Below are positions 1-9,323 of a stretch of 64,000 nt of DNA, in pieces. Made by a program: the position numbers and the translations under genes. Source of the DNA: Acidobacteriota bacterium (GTDB lineage Bacteria > Acidobacteriota > UBA890); contig CBDCBL010000009.1 in assembly GCA_965214245.1 (NCBI GenBank), positions 961,422 through 1,025,421 of the forward strand, given 5' to 3'. The notes below the pieces were generated by a model. The model did not search any database. It was not told the DNA's origin and saw only the letters and a list, made by a program, of their open reading frames with translations. Every line of letters starts with the position of its first letter. Position 1 is the first letter of the stretch.

Positions 1-20
1 TCCCGCTGCCGACCTCGTGG

Positions 21-2243
21 ATGGGCATGGCCTGGAGCCCCGATGGCGCGACGCTTTACGTCTCGGGCGGCAACGACCGCAGGGGCGAGTCAGCGCCGTT
101 GCACGTCTTTTCCTACGACCGTGGCGGCCCACCTTTCCTGACCCGCGTCAAAGCACCGGTCTTCGTCGAGACTTTCGAGGGGATGGCCGGAGATGACCCG
201 CAGGGGGTTCGCGCCTTTCCCGTCGAGGAGGGTGCCCCGAACCTGGGCCAGAACGTCTTCTGGTCGGGTCTCCTGCACCATCCGGCGCGCGACATCCTCT
301 ATGCGGCCAACCGCACGGCCGGCCACGTGGTGGTGTTCAACTCGGCGACCGGGGCGATCGAGGCACGAATCAGAACCGGGGTGAACCCTTACGACCTCCT
401 CCTCAGCCCCGACGCCAATACGCTCTACGTCTCCAACTGGGCCAGTGCCTCGGTGAGCGTCATCGACACGGAAACCCACACCGTGCGGCGGACGATCCAG
501 GTCGACGAGAACCCCAACGACATGACCCTCGGCAGCGACGGGCGACTGTGGGTCGCCTGTGCCAACGCCAACTCGGTCGTCGTCATCGATACCGCGATCG
601 AACGGGCGGTGGGCAAGATCATCACCTCGATGTGGAACAGGGACCCGGCCGGCTCGACGCCCAACTACTTGCTGCTCGACGACGACGAGGACACGCTCTA
701 CGTTGCCAACGCCGACAACAACAACCTCGCCGTCATCGACGTCACCGGTGGCGACGAAAGCCGCGTCCTCGGATTCATCCCGACGGCGACCTATCCGTCG
801 GCGTTGGCCATGTCCGCCGATGGAAGCAGGATTGCCGTCGGCTCGGGCAAGGGGACGTTTTCATCGTCGAACCTGCGCGGGCCCCACATCGGCGTGGACG
901 GCGGGGATCGAGTGCCTCCCGACGAGGGTGTCGGCGGCACGATCAAGACCCTCATGCGCGGCTCGGTCCATGTCTTCGAGGTGCCTTCTTCCGGCGCCGA
1001 GCTCAAAGCCCTCACTCGGCAGACCTACCGGAACACCCCGTACCACGAGGATCTGCTCGTCGAGGCGACAGCACCGGCGGGAGAGTCGATCATCCCGACC
1101 GTCGTCGGCCAAGCCTCCGCGATCAAGCACGTGATCTACGTCTTGAAAGAAAATCGTACCTACGATCAGTTTTTCGGCGACATCGAGAAGGGAAACGGCG
1201 ACCCGCGGATCGCCCTGTTCGGCCGCGAGATCACACCCAATCACCACGCCCTGGCCGAGCAGTTCGCGCTGGTCGACAACTACTACGTCGACGCCGAGGT
1301 CAGCGTCGACGGCCACTCGTGGTCCGACGCCGCCTACGCCACCGACTTCAACGAGAAGAACTGGCCGGCCGACTACGGAGGCATCGTGAGCCGGCCCCCC
1401 TATACCGACGCTGCTGAGCCGCCGGCAGGCTACATCTGGGAGCTGGCGGGCCGGGCCGGACTCACCTACCGGAGCTACGGGGAAAAGGCCGATCACCCGT
1501 CGCTCGTGGGCCATGCGGCGCCAGACTACCCGGGGTGGGGTGCCGACCTCGACGTCGAGAACGCCGAGGCGTTTCTCCGCGAGTTCGACGAGTACGAGCG
1601 CAACTACGAGAGCCTCGATCCGGAGGAGCGCTTGCCGAATTTCATCATGCTGCAGCTACCGAACGACCACACCTACGGAGGCAGTCCGGGGAGGCCGACG
1701 CCGGAGGCGTCCATGGCGGCCAACGATCTGGCCCTCGGGATGATCGTCGAGCGCATCACGCACAGCAGGTATTGGGCGGAGACGGCCATCTTTATCACCG
1801 AGGACGACGCCCAGGACGGCTCGGATCATGTCGACGCCCACCGCTCGATTGTCCTCGTCGTCAGCCCGTACACCAAGCGGGGCATCGTCGACAGCACGCA
1901 CTACACGTCCAGCTCGATCTTGCGCACCATCGAGCTGTTGCTCGGCCTACCGCCGTTGACCCAGTTCGACGCCGCCGCCACCCCCTTCTATAACGCCATG
2001 GGCACAACGCCCGATCCGACCCCCTACGCGGCTCTTCCGGTGAGCGTCGACCTGACGGCCGTTAACCCGGAAAGGGGCTACGGCGTGGAGGAATCGCTGG
2101 CAATGGACTTCAGCGAGTTCGACCGCACGCCGATGTTCGAGCTCAACGAGATCATCTGGAAGCTGGTAAAGGGCGTCGACTCGGAGATGCCGTTGCCGGT
2201 GTACCGTTACGACATCAGCGCCGTCTTTCCTCCGGGCCGTTGA
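21..2243 (+). CDS. YVTN-type beta-propeller fused to a phosphoesterase-family domain (phospholipase C / acid phosphatase-like). The 5' end may lie upstream of the window.
   Basis: N-terminal repeats of the form 'LYVSNWASASVSVIDT', 'LWVACANANSVVVIDT' and 'LYVANADNNNLAVIDV' are typical of YVTN/lactonase propellers. The C-terminal half carries the phosphoesterase hallmark 'IKHVIYVLKENRTYDQFFGD' and Asp-rich metal-site motifs. It is a long ORF in a high-GC background. Confidence 0.7.
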   Translation: MGMAWSPDGATLYVSGGNDRRGESAPLHVFSYDRGGPPFLTRVKAPVFVETFEGMAGDDPQGVRAFPVEEGAPNLGQNVFWSGLLHHPARDILYAANRTAGHVVVFNSATGAIEARIRTGVNPYDLLLSPDANTLYVSNWASASVSVIDTETHTVRRTIQVDENPNDMTLGSDGRLWVACANANSVVVIDTAIERAVGKIITSMWNRDPAGSTPNYLLLDDDEDTLYVANADNNNLAVIDVTGGDESRVLGFIPTATYPSALAMSADGSRIAVGSGKGTFSSSNLRGPHIGVDGGDRVPPDEGVGGTIKTLMRGSVHVFEVPSSGAELKALTRQTYRNTPYHEDLLVEATAPAGESIIPTVVGQASAIKHVIYVLKENRTYDQFFGDIEKGNGDPRIALFGREITPNHHALAEQFALVDNYYVDAEVSVDGHSWSDAAYATDFNEKNWPADYGGIVSRPPYTDAAEPPAGYIWELAGRAGLTYRSYGEKADHPSLVGHAAPDYPGWGADLDVENAEAFLREFDEYERNYESLDPEERLPNFIMLQLPNDHTYGGSPGRPTPEASMAANDLALGMIVERITHSRYWAETAIFITEDDAQDGSDHVDAHRSIVLVVSPYTKRGIVDSTHYTSSSILRTIELLLGLPPLTQFDAAATPFYNAMGTTPDPTPYAALPVSVDLTAVNPERGYGVEESLAMDFSEFDRTPMFELNEIIWKLVKGVDSEMPLPVYRYDISAVFPPGR

Positions 2244-2354
2244 TGTCCGGCGCTGGAGCGGTAGGCGCCGTCGCACAAGCGACGGAGACCCCCGCCACCC
2301 CGGGCACCCGGCGCCCTGTGCACTCGTAGTTCAGCCATCAACGAGGTCGACCTG

Positions 2355-3424
2355 ATGCTCCAAAGCGTCAATCGACGGTGCGGCGACTGCCGGACGCTGC
2401 TCGCCTCGCTGTTCGTCGCCGTGGTCGTCACTGCCGGTGCGTGCGACCGATCCGACCCCGGCGGCGTCGACGCCGCTGCCGCCGGCCTGCCGAGCGAGGT
2501 TTCCGTCAACTCCGGCCGGGGCAGCCAATACATCCAAGCGGCGGCGGTGGCGGCCATCGTTGAAAAGCACACGCCGATGAAAGGGTTCGCCGAGCCCACA
2601 CGGTCGCACGTCGCCGCCATGCCGCTGTTCCAGGAGAAGAAGCTCGATTTCATCTTCGTCAGCCAATCGGAGACCTACCTGGCCAATCGCGGCGAGGAGT
2701 ACTACGCGACGGTAGGGCCGACGCCGATCCGCGTGGTCGCGGCGGGCACGGAGATCATGTTCAGCTTCTTCACTCGTCCCGACAGCGGCATCACGAGTAT
2801 CGAGGAGCTGGCGGGCCGCAAGGTCATATGGGACACGCAGGCGGTGGGGGTCTTCTACTGGGCTGCGAAGTACGTCCTCGGCTGCTACGACCTCGAAGAC
2901 AAGGTGATCTCGATCCCGTCGCCGGCACCGATCGACCGCGCCGAAGCCCTGACGACGGGGAGCGTCGACGCCTACGCCTGCTCGACCCAGTTCCAGGCGA
3001 TGGAGGCGATCTACAGCTCGGTCGGCATGAGAATGATCGATATCCCGAGAGCATGCGCCGAACGCGTCCATGAGCTCTACCCGGCGTTGTACCCCGCAGT
3101 ATGCCCGCGCGCGGGTTCAACGGCGGCATGGTGTGAGCCGCGACGTGCCCGTGTTGGCGGCGAGCACGGCGCTGCAGGCCCGCGTCGATCTCGAGGATGA
3201 AGTGGTCTACGCCGTGCTCGAGGCGATCTACGATCATTTCGACGAGTTCGCCCGGGGCCCACCCGTCGCTGGAGTCGATGAGCCTCGACAGGGCGGTGTC
3301 GCTCGACTCGATCAACCCCTACCACATGGGTGCCATCCGCTTTTTCGAGGACAGGGGCATGTGGACAGCGGCCGCAAGCCGCATGCAGGAGCGGTTGCTG
3401 CGGGAGCTCGGAGCGACGAGATGA
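2355..3424 (+). pseudogene. TAXI-family TRAP transporter solute-binding protein. The reading frame is broken three times (near 3100, 3134 and 3255). This could be real pseudogenisation or indel sequencing errors.
   Basis: There is an N-terminal lipoprotein-like signal ('LFVAVVVTAGAC'). TAXI-like segments continue in three different frames: 'MPARGFNGGMV', then 'SRDVPVLAASTALQARVDLEDEVVYAVLEAIYDHFDEF', then 'HPSLESMSLDRAVSLDSINPYHMGAIRFFEDRGMW', which is the typical TAXI C-terminus. The shifts coincide with G/C runs such as 'gcccggggccc'. Confidence 0.55.
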
Positions 3425-3474
3425 CCCCGGGGCAGACCCGGGCTGACGAGATGACCCCGGGGCAGATCCGGGCT
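3415..3474. repeat. Two tandem copies of a 30-bp unit, GACGAGATGACCCCGGGGCAGA(C/T)CCGGGCT. Each copy contains an in-frame ATG and the palindromes CCCCGGGG and CCCGGG.
   Basis: Direct reading of the sequence: 3415-3444 and 3445-3474 differ at one position. Translated, this gives a duplicated 'DEMTPGQ(T/I)RA' at the TAXI / permease junction. Confidence 0.8.
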
Positions 3475-5784
3475 CAGGATGGGGCACCCGATCCCGCGCC
3501 CCCGCCGCGCGCCACCAAGATCTTCATCGTCGCTTTCTTCACCTACGAGCTGCTGTATCTCGTCGGTGCGTTCTCGACCCGTTACTTCTTCCTGTTGAGC
3601 GAGAGCCACCGCGCCATCTCGCTGAGCCTGATCATCATTCTGACCTTGTTGATGAAGCGCGGGCGCGCCGATCGCCAAGGACCGCCCGCCGCCGGCGGCA
3701 CCGCCGAGCGATCCGTTCCCTGGTACGACTACGCTCTCATGATCGCCGGCTGCGCCGGCTGCTTCTACATCGCCCCGACGTCGAAGATCGTCGAGCTGCA
3801 GCTCGCTTCTCCGGTAATCGAGCCGCTTGAGCTCACTCTCGGGATCGTCACGATCGCCGTGCTGCTGGAGGGAACGCGTCGCGTCGCGGGCCCGGTGCTG
3901 CCGGTCGTTCTCGTCGCCGCCCTGCTCTATGCGCTGTTCGCCAACCAGTTTCCGGGCCTGCTGTACGGTCGGGCCCACTCGTTCCCCCGCGTTATCGGCG
4001 AGGTGTACCTGTCGCTCGACGGCATCTTCGGCAACGTCATGCGGCTGTGGACCCGAATCCTGGTCGTGTTCCTGCTGTTCGGCGGTTTTCTGCACGCCTC
4101 CGGGGCGGGGCGCTTTTTCATCGAGCTGGCGCTGGCGTTGGCCGGACACCTGAGGGGCGGCCCGGCCAAGGTGGCGACGATCGCCAGCGGGCTGTTCGGC
4201 ACCGTGAGCGGCAGCGCCGCCGCCGACGTCGCCACAACCGGCGTCATCACGATTCCGATGATGAAGAGGCTCGGCTATCCGCCGGAGTTCGCGGGCGCCG
4301 TCGAGGCGGTCGCCTCGACCGGAGGCGTGTTGATGCCGCCCATGATGGGGATGGTGGCGTTCATGGTCGCCGAGTACCTCGACATGCCGTACATCGAGGT
4401 CTGCATCGCCGCGGCGCTGCCGGCGCTGTTGTACTACGGCAGCCTCTACTTGCTGGTCGACCTGGAATCCCGCAGGCTCGACCTCAGGGGCATTCCGCCC
4501 TCTGAGCTGCCTTCCCTGACCAAAACACTGAAGGAGGGTTGGTTCTTTTTCATTCCCCTCCTGGTGGTGGTGTACGCGCTGGCGGTGCTGCGGTACCCGC
4601 CCGGCCTGTGCGCCATCTACGGCCTCGTGGCACTGGTCGTCGTGACCAGCTTCAAGCGGGAGACGCGTTTCACCGCCGCTCGCACGATGGAGGCTTTCAT
4701 GCTCGCGGCACGCAGCTCATTGGTCGTGGCCATCATCTGCGGCTCGGTGGGCATCCTGATCGCCAGCGTCACCATGACCGGCGCCACCTTGCGGATGGGC
4801 GTGCTGCTGGTCGAAAGCAGTGGCGACAGCCTATTGGCGCTGCTCCTTCTAGCGGGCGTCGCCTCGCTCCTGCTCGGCACCGGTGTGCCGGCGATCGCCT
4901 CCTACCCGTTGCTGGCCGTCACCGTGGCCCCAGCCATCACGTCTCTCGGGGTTCCGCCGATCGCCGCCCACTTGTTCGTGCTCTATTGGGGCGTCAGCCA
5001 TTTGATCACCCCGCCGGTCGGCGGCACGCTCTACATCGCGGCATCGTTCTCCGGTGTCGGCATCTGGAGACAGGGGGCGCACGCCATGCGGCTGGGGATT
5101 GCCCTGTTCCTGGTGCCGTTCATCTTCTGCTACCACCCCGAGCTTCTGTTCGTCGGCGAGCTGCCACAGACGGCAATCCAGTTCGTGCTGGCGGCGCTGG
5201 CGATGGTCAGCGTCGCGGGCAGCTTCAGCGGGTCGCTGGAGGCGCTCTCGAGCCCCGTGTCGCGCGCCGGGTTGCTCGGCATGGCGGCAGGCTTGATCGT
5301 GCAAGGCACGATGGGGCTGTTCATCGGATTTGGAGCGCTCGGCGCCGTCGTCGCCGGCGTCCTCTTGCGTAGCGCCCGCTATCATTCGTCGAGCCCCCCG
5401 AGTCGCGAAAGGATCCGCGCTATTGAAGATCGACGTGTTCAGCCATATCCTGCCGCCCCGCTACTTGAAGGAGCGCAATGCCAAGGCGGCGTTCGGGGGC
5501 AGCCAGTACGCCCGCTACTACCGCGCCAATCCCGCCCTGACCGATCTCGAGCTCCGCTTCCGCGTGATGGACAAGTTCCCGGACGTCGTGCAAATTCTGA
5601 CCATCGCCGGGCCGAACGTCGAGAGCATCACCGAGCCTCGCGACTCCATCGAGCTCGCCGCGATCGCCAACGACGAGCTCGCGGAGCTGGTCGGCGCCCA
5701 CCCCGACCGCTTCGCCACCGCGGCGGCCTGCCTGCCGATGAACGACGTCGACGCGGCGCTGCGCGAGGCGGAACGGGCGATTGA
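3421..5784 (+). CDS. TRAP transporter fused permease (DctQ-DctM type 4TM/12TM fusion) partnering the TAXI binding protein. The true 3' end is uncertain: the last ~120 codons overlap the next gene and look non-native.
   Basis: About 650 aa of polytopic membrane protein with many hydrophobic helices ('IFIVAFFTYELLYLVGAF', 'LLVVVYALAVL' and others) directly downstream of the TAXI gene. The Arg-rich tail after 'GVLLRSARY' is an out-of-frame read through the amidohydrolase gene. A stop was probably lost or shifted near 5400. Confidence 0.65.
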   Translation: MTPGQTRADEMTPGQIRAQDGAPDPAPPPRATKIFIVAFFTYELLYLVGAFSTRYFFLLSESHRAISLSLIIILTLLMKRGRADRQGPPAAGGTAERSVPWYDYALMIAGCAGCFYIAPTSKIVELQLASPVIEPLELTLGIVTIAVLLEGTRRVAGPVLPVVLVAALLYALFANQFPGLLYGRAHSFPRVIGEVYLSLDGIFGNVMRLWTRILVVFLLFGGFLHASGAGRFFIELALALAGHLRGGPAKVATIASGLFGTVSGSAAADVATTGVITIPMMKRLGYPPEFAGAVEAVASTGGVLMPPMMGMVAFMVAEYLDMPYIEVCIAAALPALLYYGSLYLLVDLESRRLDLRGIPPSELPSLTKTLKEGWFFFIPLLVVVYALAVLRYPPGLCAIYGLVALVVVTSFKRETRFTAARTMEAFMLAARSSLVVAIICGSVGILIASVTMTGATLRMGVLLVESSGDSLLALLLLAGVASLLLGTGVPAIASYPLLAVTVAPAITSLGVPPIAAHLFVLYWGVSHLITPPVGGTLYIAASFSGVGIWRQGAHAMRLGIALFLVPFIFCYHPELLFVGELPQTAIQFVLAALAMVSVAGSFSGSLEALSSPVSRAGLLGMAAGLIVQGTMGLFIGFGALGAVVAGVLLRSARYHSSSPPSRERIRAIEDRRVQPYPAAPLLEGAQCQGGVRGQPVRPLLPRQSRPDRSRAPLPRDGQVPGRRANSDHRRAERREHHRASRLHRARRDRQRRARGAGRRPPRPLRHRGGLPADERRRRGAARGGTGD

Positions 5785-6427
5785 CGAGCTCGGGTTCCGG
5801 GGCGTGGAAATCTTCACGGACATCAACGGCAAGCCGCTGGACGCCCCCGACTTCTATCCCCTGTACGCGCGCATGGTGGAGTACGACCTCCCCATCCTGC
5901 TCCATCCCCGGCGCACCAACACGACGCCCGACTACGACGACGAGGCGACCTCTCGCTTCCTGATCTACACGAACTTCGGCTGGCCTTTCGAGACATCGAA
6001 GGCGATGGCGCGGCTGGCGTTCGGCGGCATCTTCGAGCGGTTTCCAACGCTCAAGATCATCACCCATCACGCCGGCGGCCTGATTCCCTACTTCGCCAAG
6101 CGCGTCGAGCTTTCGTGGGACTTCAACGAGACCCTGATGGGCTATCAACGCGATGGGCAGCCGGGCAGCATACCGCCGCTCGACGCCTATCGAATGTTCT
6201 ACTGTGACACCGCCATTCAGGGGAACACGCCGGCGTTGATGTGCGCCTACGACTTCTTCGGCGCCGATCACATGGTCTTCGCCACGGATTCGCCCTACGA
6301 CAGCCGCTTCGGGGAGCGCGTCTACCTGGAAACCGTGCCGGCGGTCGAGGCGATGCCGATCCCCGACGCCGAGAAGGAAAAGATCTTTCACGGCAACGCA
6401 CGACGACTGTTTCGTCTCCCCGGCTAG
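5423..6427 (+). CDS. Amidohydrolase_2 family metal-dependent hydrolase or decarboxylase (ACMSD / LigW / LigI-like).
   Basis: The protein begins '(L)KIDVFSHILPPRYL', a typical start for this family. His/Asp metal-ligand positions are conserved ('HHAGGLIPY', 'FATDSPY'). The proposed start is the TTG at 5423; the longer ORF from 5330 is Arg-rich and overlaps the permease. Confidence 0.75.
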   Translation: MKIDVFSHILPPRYLKERNAKAAFGGSQYARYYRANPALTDLELRFRVMDKFPDVVQILTIAGPNVESITEPRDSIELAAIANDELAELVGAHPDRFATAAACLPMNDVDAALREAERAIDELGFRGVEIFTDINGKPLDAPDFYPLYARMVEYDLPILLHPRRTNTTPDYDDEATSRFLIYTNFGWPFETSKAMARLAFGGIFERFPTLKIITHHAGGLIPYFAKRVELSWDFNETLMGYQRDGQPGSIPPLDAYRMFYCDTAIQGNTPALMCAYDFFGADHMVFATDSPYDSRFGERVYLETVPAVEAMPIPDAEKEKIFHGNARRLFRLPG

Positions 6428-6489
6428 CCGTGTCCGGTTTCAACTCTGCGGACCTTCACGCTTATGGTCAGGGCGCAGCGAGGTGCCTA

Positions 6490-6519
6490 TTGACGCGGTC
6501 AAAGACGCTCTCGTAGTCT
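6490..6519 (+). promoter_or_regulatory. Candidate sigma70-like promoter: TTGACG, an 18-bp spacer, then TAGTCT. It lies upstream of the gene at 6551, which has a GGAG ribosome-binding site 8 nt before its ATG.
   Basis: Hexamers read directly in the 123-bp intergenic region. No experimental support. Confidence 0.25.
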
Positions 6520-6550
6520 TCAGCCGAACCGACTTGATGGAGCACACAAT

Positions 6551-7981
6551 ATGCGCGTTATGAGGATCGAACGAATCGCCGCGACCGGAGCCCCGCTGCT
6601 TGCCCTCGTGGCTGCCGTTCTCATGCAGCCCGTCCCCGCAGCCGCCCAACAGGGTGCGTCGGATGAAGTGACTTTCACCCGAGACATCGCACCGATCCTG
6701 CAGCGCAGCTGTCAGAGATGCCACAACCCCCGCGGTATCGCTCCGATGCCGCTCATCGAATACGAGGACGTACGCCCCTATGCCCGGCAGATCATGCTGC
6801 GGACCGGCATCCGTGACTCCGCCGGAACGATGCCACCGTGGTACATCGAGAAGAACATCGGAATCCAATACTACAAGGACGACCCGTCGCTCAGCGATGC
6901 AGAGGTCGCCACCATCGTGGCCTGGGTGCGCGCCGATACTCCGCGTGGCAATCCGGAGGATATGCCACCACCCCGCGTTTGGGATGACCGGGCCGGATGG
7001 ACCGCCGGCGAGCCGGATCTGATCCTCGTACTCCCCGAGACCACGGTCGCGGCCGATGCACCGGATTGGTGGGGCGACATCGAAAGCGTGCCGACCGGAC
7101 TTAAAGAAGACCGGTACGTGGCCTCGGTGGAGATCAGGGAGATCAACGACGTTCCCAACCGCAACACTGAGGGCCGCAACACGGTAGGCGGACGTTACGT
7201 CGTCCACCATATGATCTGGAGCACCCGTATTCTCGAGGACGGGGAGGACACCAGCGCCGGTTCGGGTGGTGGGAGCGACAGCGTCAGCTGGCCGGTTCAC
7301 GAGGTCGGTCGCAACCCCGATATCTTCGACCCGGAGGGCGGCCGGCTCCTCAAGGCAGGCTCGAGCTTCGTGTCGAACTCTGTGCACCTGCACTCGAACG
7401 GCCGCGACACCAAGGCGCATCTGGAGATCGGCTTCCGCTTCCATCCGGTGGGCTACGAACCGAAGTACACGCGCTTTTTCTTCGGCCTCGGTAACAGCGT
7501 CGACATCGACATCAAGGCGATGGAGAAGGACCAGGAGCTCCACGCCTATGCGGTGCTCGATCAACCCACCAAGATCGTTACCTTCGAGCCCCACCTGCAC
7601 GCGCCCGGATCGCGAATGTGCTTGGAGGCGATCTGGGGCTTCAACGTCGAAACCCTGGCGTGCGTCGGCTATGACCACAACTGGGTAAGAGGCTACACCT
7701 TCGCGGATGATTACCAGCCGCTGCTGCCCAAGGGCACGGTCCTCCATATCATCGGCTACATGGACAACTCTCCCGAGAACACGATGGTCCCTGACCCGCG
7801 CAACTGGCAAGGATCGGGCAATCGGTCGGTGGCCAACATGTTCATCGATCTGGGGATGAGGCTCTCGATGACCGACGAGCAGTTCCAGCAGGAAATGGCC
7901 GAGCGACGAGAGCGGCTCGAGCTGACGGTGAACGACCATGTCATCGGCTGTCCGCTGTGCATGGTCATCCCGGGAAGGTAG
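6551..7981 (+). CDS. Secreted two-domain protein: an N-terminal mono-heme cytochrome c domain followed by a ~350-aa domain whose His/Met motifs resemble a type-II copper monooxygenase (peptidylglycine / dopamine-beta monooxygenase-like). The second assignment is tentative.
   Basis: There is a signal peptide, then 'DIAPILQRSCQRCHNP', which contains CxxCH in the context typical of planctomycete-type cytochrome c domains. Downstream motifs are 'VVHHMIW' (HHM), 'VHLHSNG' (HxHxxG) and 'HLHAPGSRM' with a Met about 70 aa after the HxH. This spacing is reminiscent of the CuH and CuM sites of the eukaryotic enzymes. Confidence 0.6.
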   Translation: MRVMRIERIAATGAPLLALVAAVLMQPVPAAAQQGASDEVTFTRDIAPILQRSCQRCHNPRGIAPMPLIEYEDVRPYARQIMLRTGIRDSAGTMPPWYIEKNIGIQYYKDDPSLSDAEVATIVAWVRADTPRGNPEDMPPPRVWDDRAGWTAGEPDLILVLPETTVAADAPDWWGDIESVPTGLKEDRYVASVEIREINDVPNRNTEGRNTVGGRYVVHHMIWSTRILEDGEDTSAGSGGGSDSVSWPVHEVGRNPDIFDPEGGRLLKAGSSFVSNSVHLHSNGRDTKAHLEIGFRFHPVGYEPKYTRFFFGLGNSVDIDIKAMEKDQELHAYAVLDQPTKIVTFEPHLHAPGSRMCLEAIWGFNVETLACVGYDHNWVRGYTFADDYQPLLPKGTVLHIIGYMDNSPENTMVPDPRNWQGSGNRSVANMFIDLGMRLSMTDEQFQQEMAERRERLELTVNDHVIGCPLCMVIPGR

Positions 7982-7985
7982 CCCG

Positions 7986-8998
7986 ATGAAGGGACGACCT
8001 GTTCGGTGGCGGCGGAGCGCCGCAGTCGTACGCGCCATGCTCGTCGCGCTGGCGCTGTCGCTGACCCATCAGGGAGGGGAGCCAACGCCCAGCTCTCGTA
8101 TACCAAGGGGCAGAACGTCTCGCCGGCGTTCGAGGGGTGGGAGCAAAATCCCGAAGGGTCTTTCAGCCTGGTGTTCGGCTACATGAACCGGAACTGGCTG
8201 GAGGAGCTCGATGTCCCGGTGGGGCCCGACAACAACATCTCTCCCGGGCCCGCCGAGCAGCGACAGCCCACCCACTTCCTGCCGCGACGCAACCGGTTTG
8301 TCTTCAAGGTCCGGGTGCCTACGGATTTCGGTGATCAGGAGATGGTCTGGACGCTCGCGACTCGGGGAAAGACCGAGTATGCGTACGGATCGCTGCGGCC
8401 CGACTACATCATCGACGATGTGGTCATCGCGTCCGAGACCGGAGCGCTCGGTGCCGGATCGAGTAGCCCGGAGTCGCGGGCCAACGTTGCCCCGGTCGTT
8501 ACGGTTCTCGGCGACGAAGTCCGAAGGACCATGGTGGGTCAGCCGCTGACCCTGGTCGCAACCGTCGCCGATGACGGGCTCCCGAGAGTCCGTCGCCGCT
8601 CCACTCCACCTGCGGAGGAGCCACCTTCGGAGGAGCCACCTGCGGAGGGGGCACCTGCGGAGGAGCCACCGAAACTGACCGCCCGACAGCTCCGTCCTCC
8701 GACGCGGATCACGGTGAACAAGCGGCTGGGGCTGCACCTGTCTTGGTTCGTCTTCCGCGGCGCCGGCGAGGTCAGCTTCGATCCGCCGCAGGTGAAGGTT
8801 TGGGAGGATACCCGGACCGGGGCGAATTCACCGTGGGCGCCGCTCTGGGCGCCACCGGAAGTCCCCGAGGATGGGCGCTGGGAGGTTGGCGTCACCTTCG
8901 ATCAGGCGGGAACCTACGTCCTTCGCGCGCGCGCCGATGATGGAGGTCTGTACCACGACGCGGACGTCACGATCCACGTCGCGGCTGCCAGCCGCTGA
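7986..8998 (+). CDS. Secreted hypothetical protein with a PAEEPP-type low-complexity linker. There is an apparent frameshift near 8075-8090 between the signal peptide and the body.
   Basis: The ATG at 7986 lies 4 nt after the upstream stop and encodes the signal peptide 'MKGRPVRWRRSAAVVRAMLVALALSL'. The body continues in another frame from about 8085 ('AQLSYTKGQNVSPAFEGW...'). The shift sits at a 'cagggaggggagcc' G-run. Confidence 0.45.
8606..8670 (+). repeat. Imperfect tandem ~18-bp repeats (CCACCTGCGGAGGAGCCA-like) that encode the PPAEEPPSEEPPAEGAPAEEPP linker.
   Basis: Direct reading of the sequence. Confidence 0.7.
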
Positions 8999-9000
8999 TA

Positions 9001-9231
9001 ATGTGGAAGTTCGTTGTCGGCTCGCTGCTGATCGTCGTGAGCCTCATCTTTTTCTACGAGGCCTGGACGTACTGGGACCAGCTCACGACGTGGGCGAGCT
9101 TCCTCGTCGGTGCCGCCAGCGGCGGTTGCCTGGCTGCCGGCCTCCTTGTCTTGCTATGGCGCCCAAGCCATCCCGCCACCCGTTATAAGGCCGAACTTCC
9201 GTCCCCGTGGGACCGGAACCGCTGGCGTTGA
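9001..9231 (+). CDS. Small (76 aa) membrane protein with two predicted transmembrane helices.
   Basis: Its ATG lies 2 nt after the upstream stop. Hydrophobic helices are 'FVVGSLLIVVSLIFFY' and 'WASFLVGAASGGCLAAGLLVLLW'. No homolog recognised. Confidence 0.4.
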   Translation: MWKFVVGSLLIVVSLIFFYEAWTYWDQLTTWASFLVGAASGGCLAAGLLVLLWRPSHPATRYKAELPSPWDRNRWR

Positions 9232-9323
9232 GTACCGCGAGGTTCAAAGAATCGTTGCTCGATTCTTGTCGCCCCGCTTGCGGGCGAGTACATTGACGCA
9301 ATCTTAGCTCTGGGAGGAAGAAG

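Noticed and set aside
548-1514. Long ORFs on the opposite strand or in alternate frames inside the propeller-phosphoesterase gene (for example 548-1417 on the plus strand, 861-1514 on the minus strand). Similar ORFs occur throughout the window.
   Set aside because: In DNA this GC-rich, long stop-free stretches occur in all six frames. These ORFs are Arg/Pro/Gly-rich, lack motifs and overlap well-supported genes, so they are treated as spurious.
3070-3420. The N-terminal 117 aa of ORF 3070-5784 ('MSSTRRCTPQYARARVQ...') read as the start of the permease.
   Set aside because: This stretch is the TAXI binding-protein C-terminus read in another frame ('VPVLAASTALQARVDLEDEVVYAVLEAIYDHFDEF'). The permease more plausibly starts at the ATG at 3421 or 3451, inside the tandem repeat.
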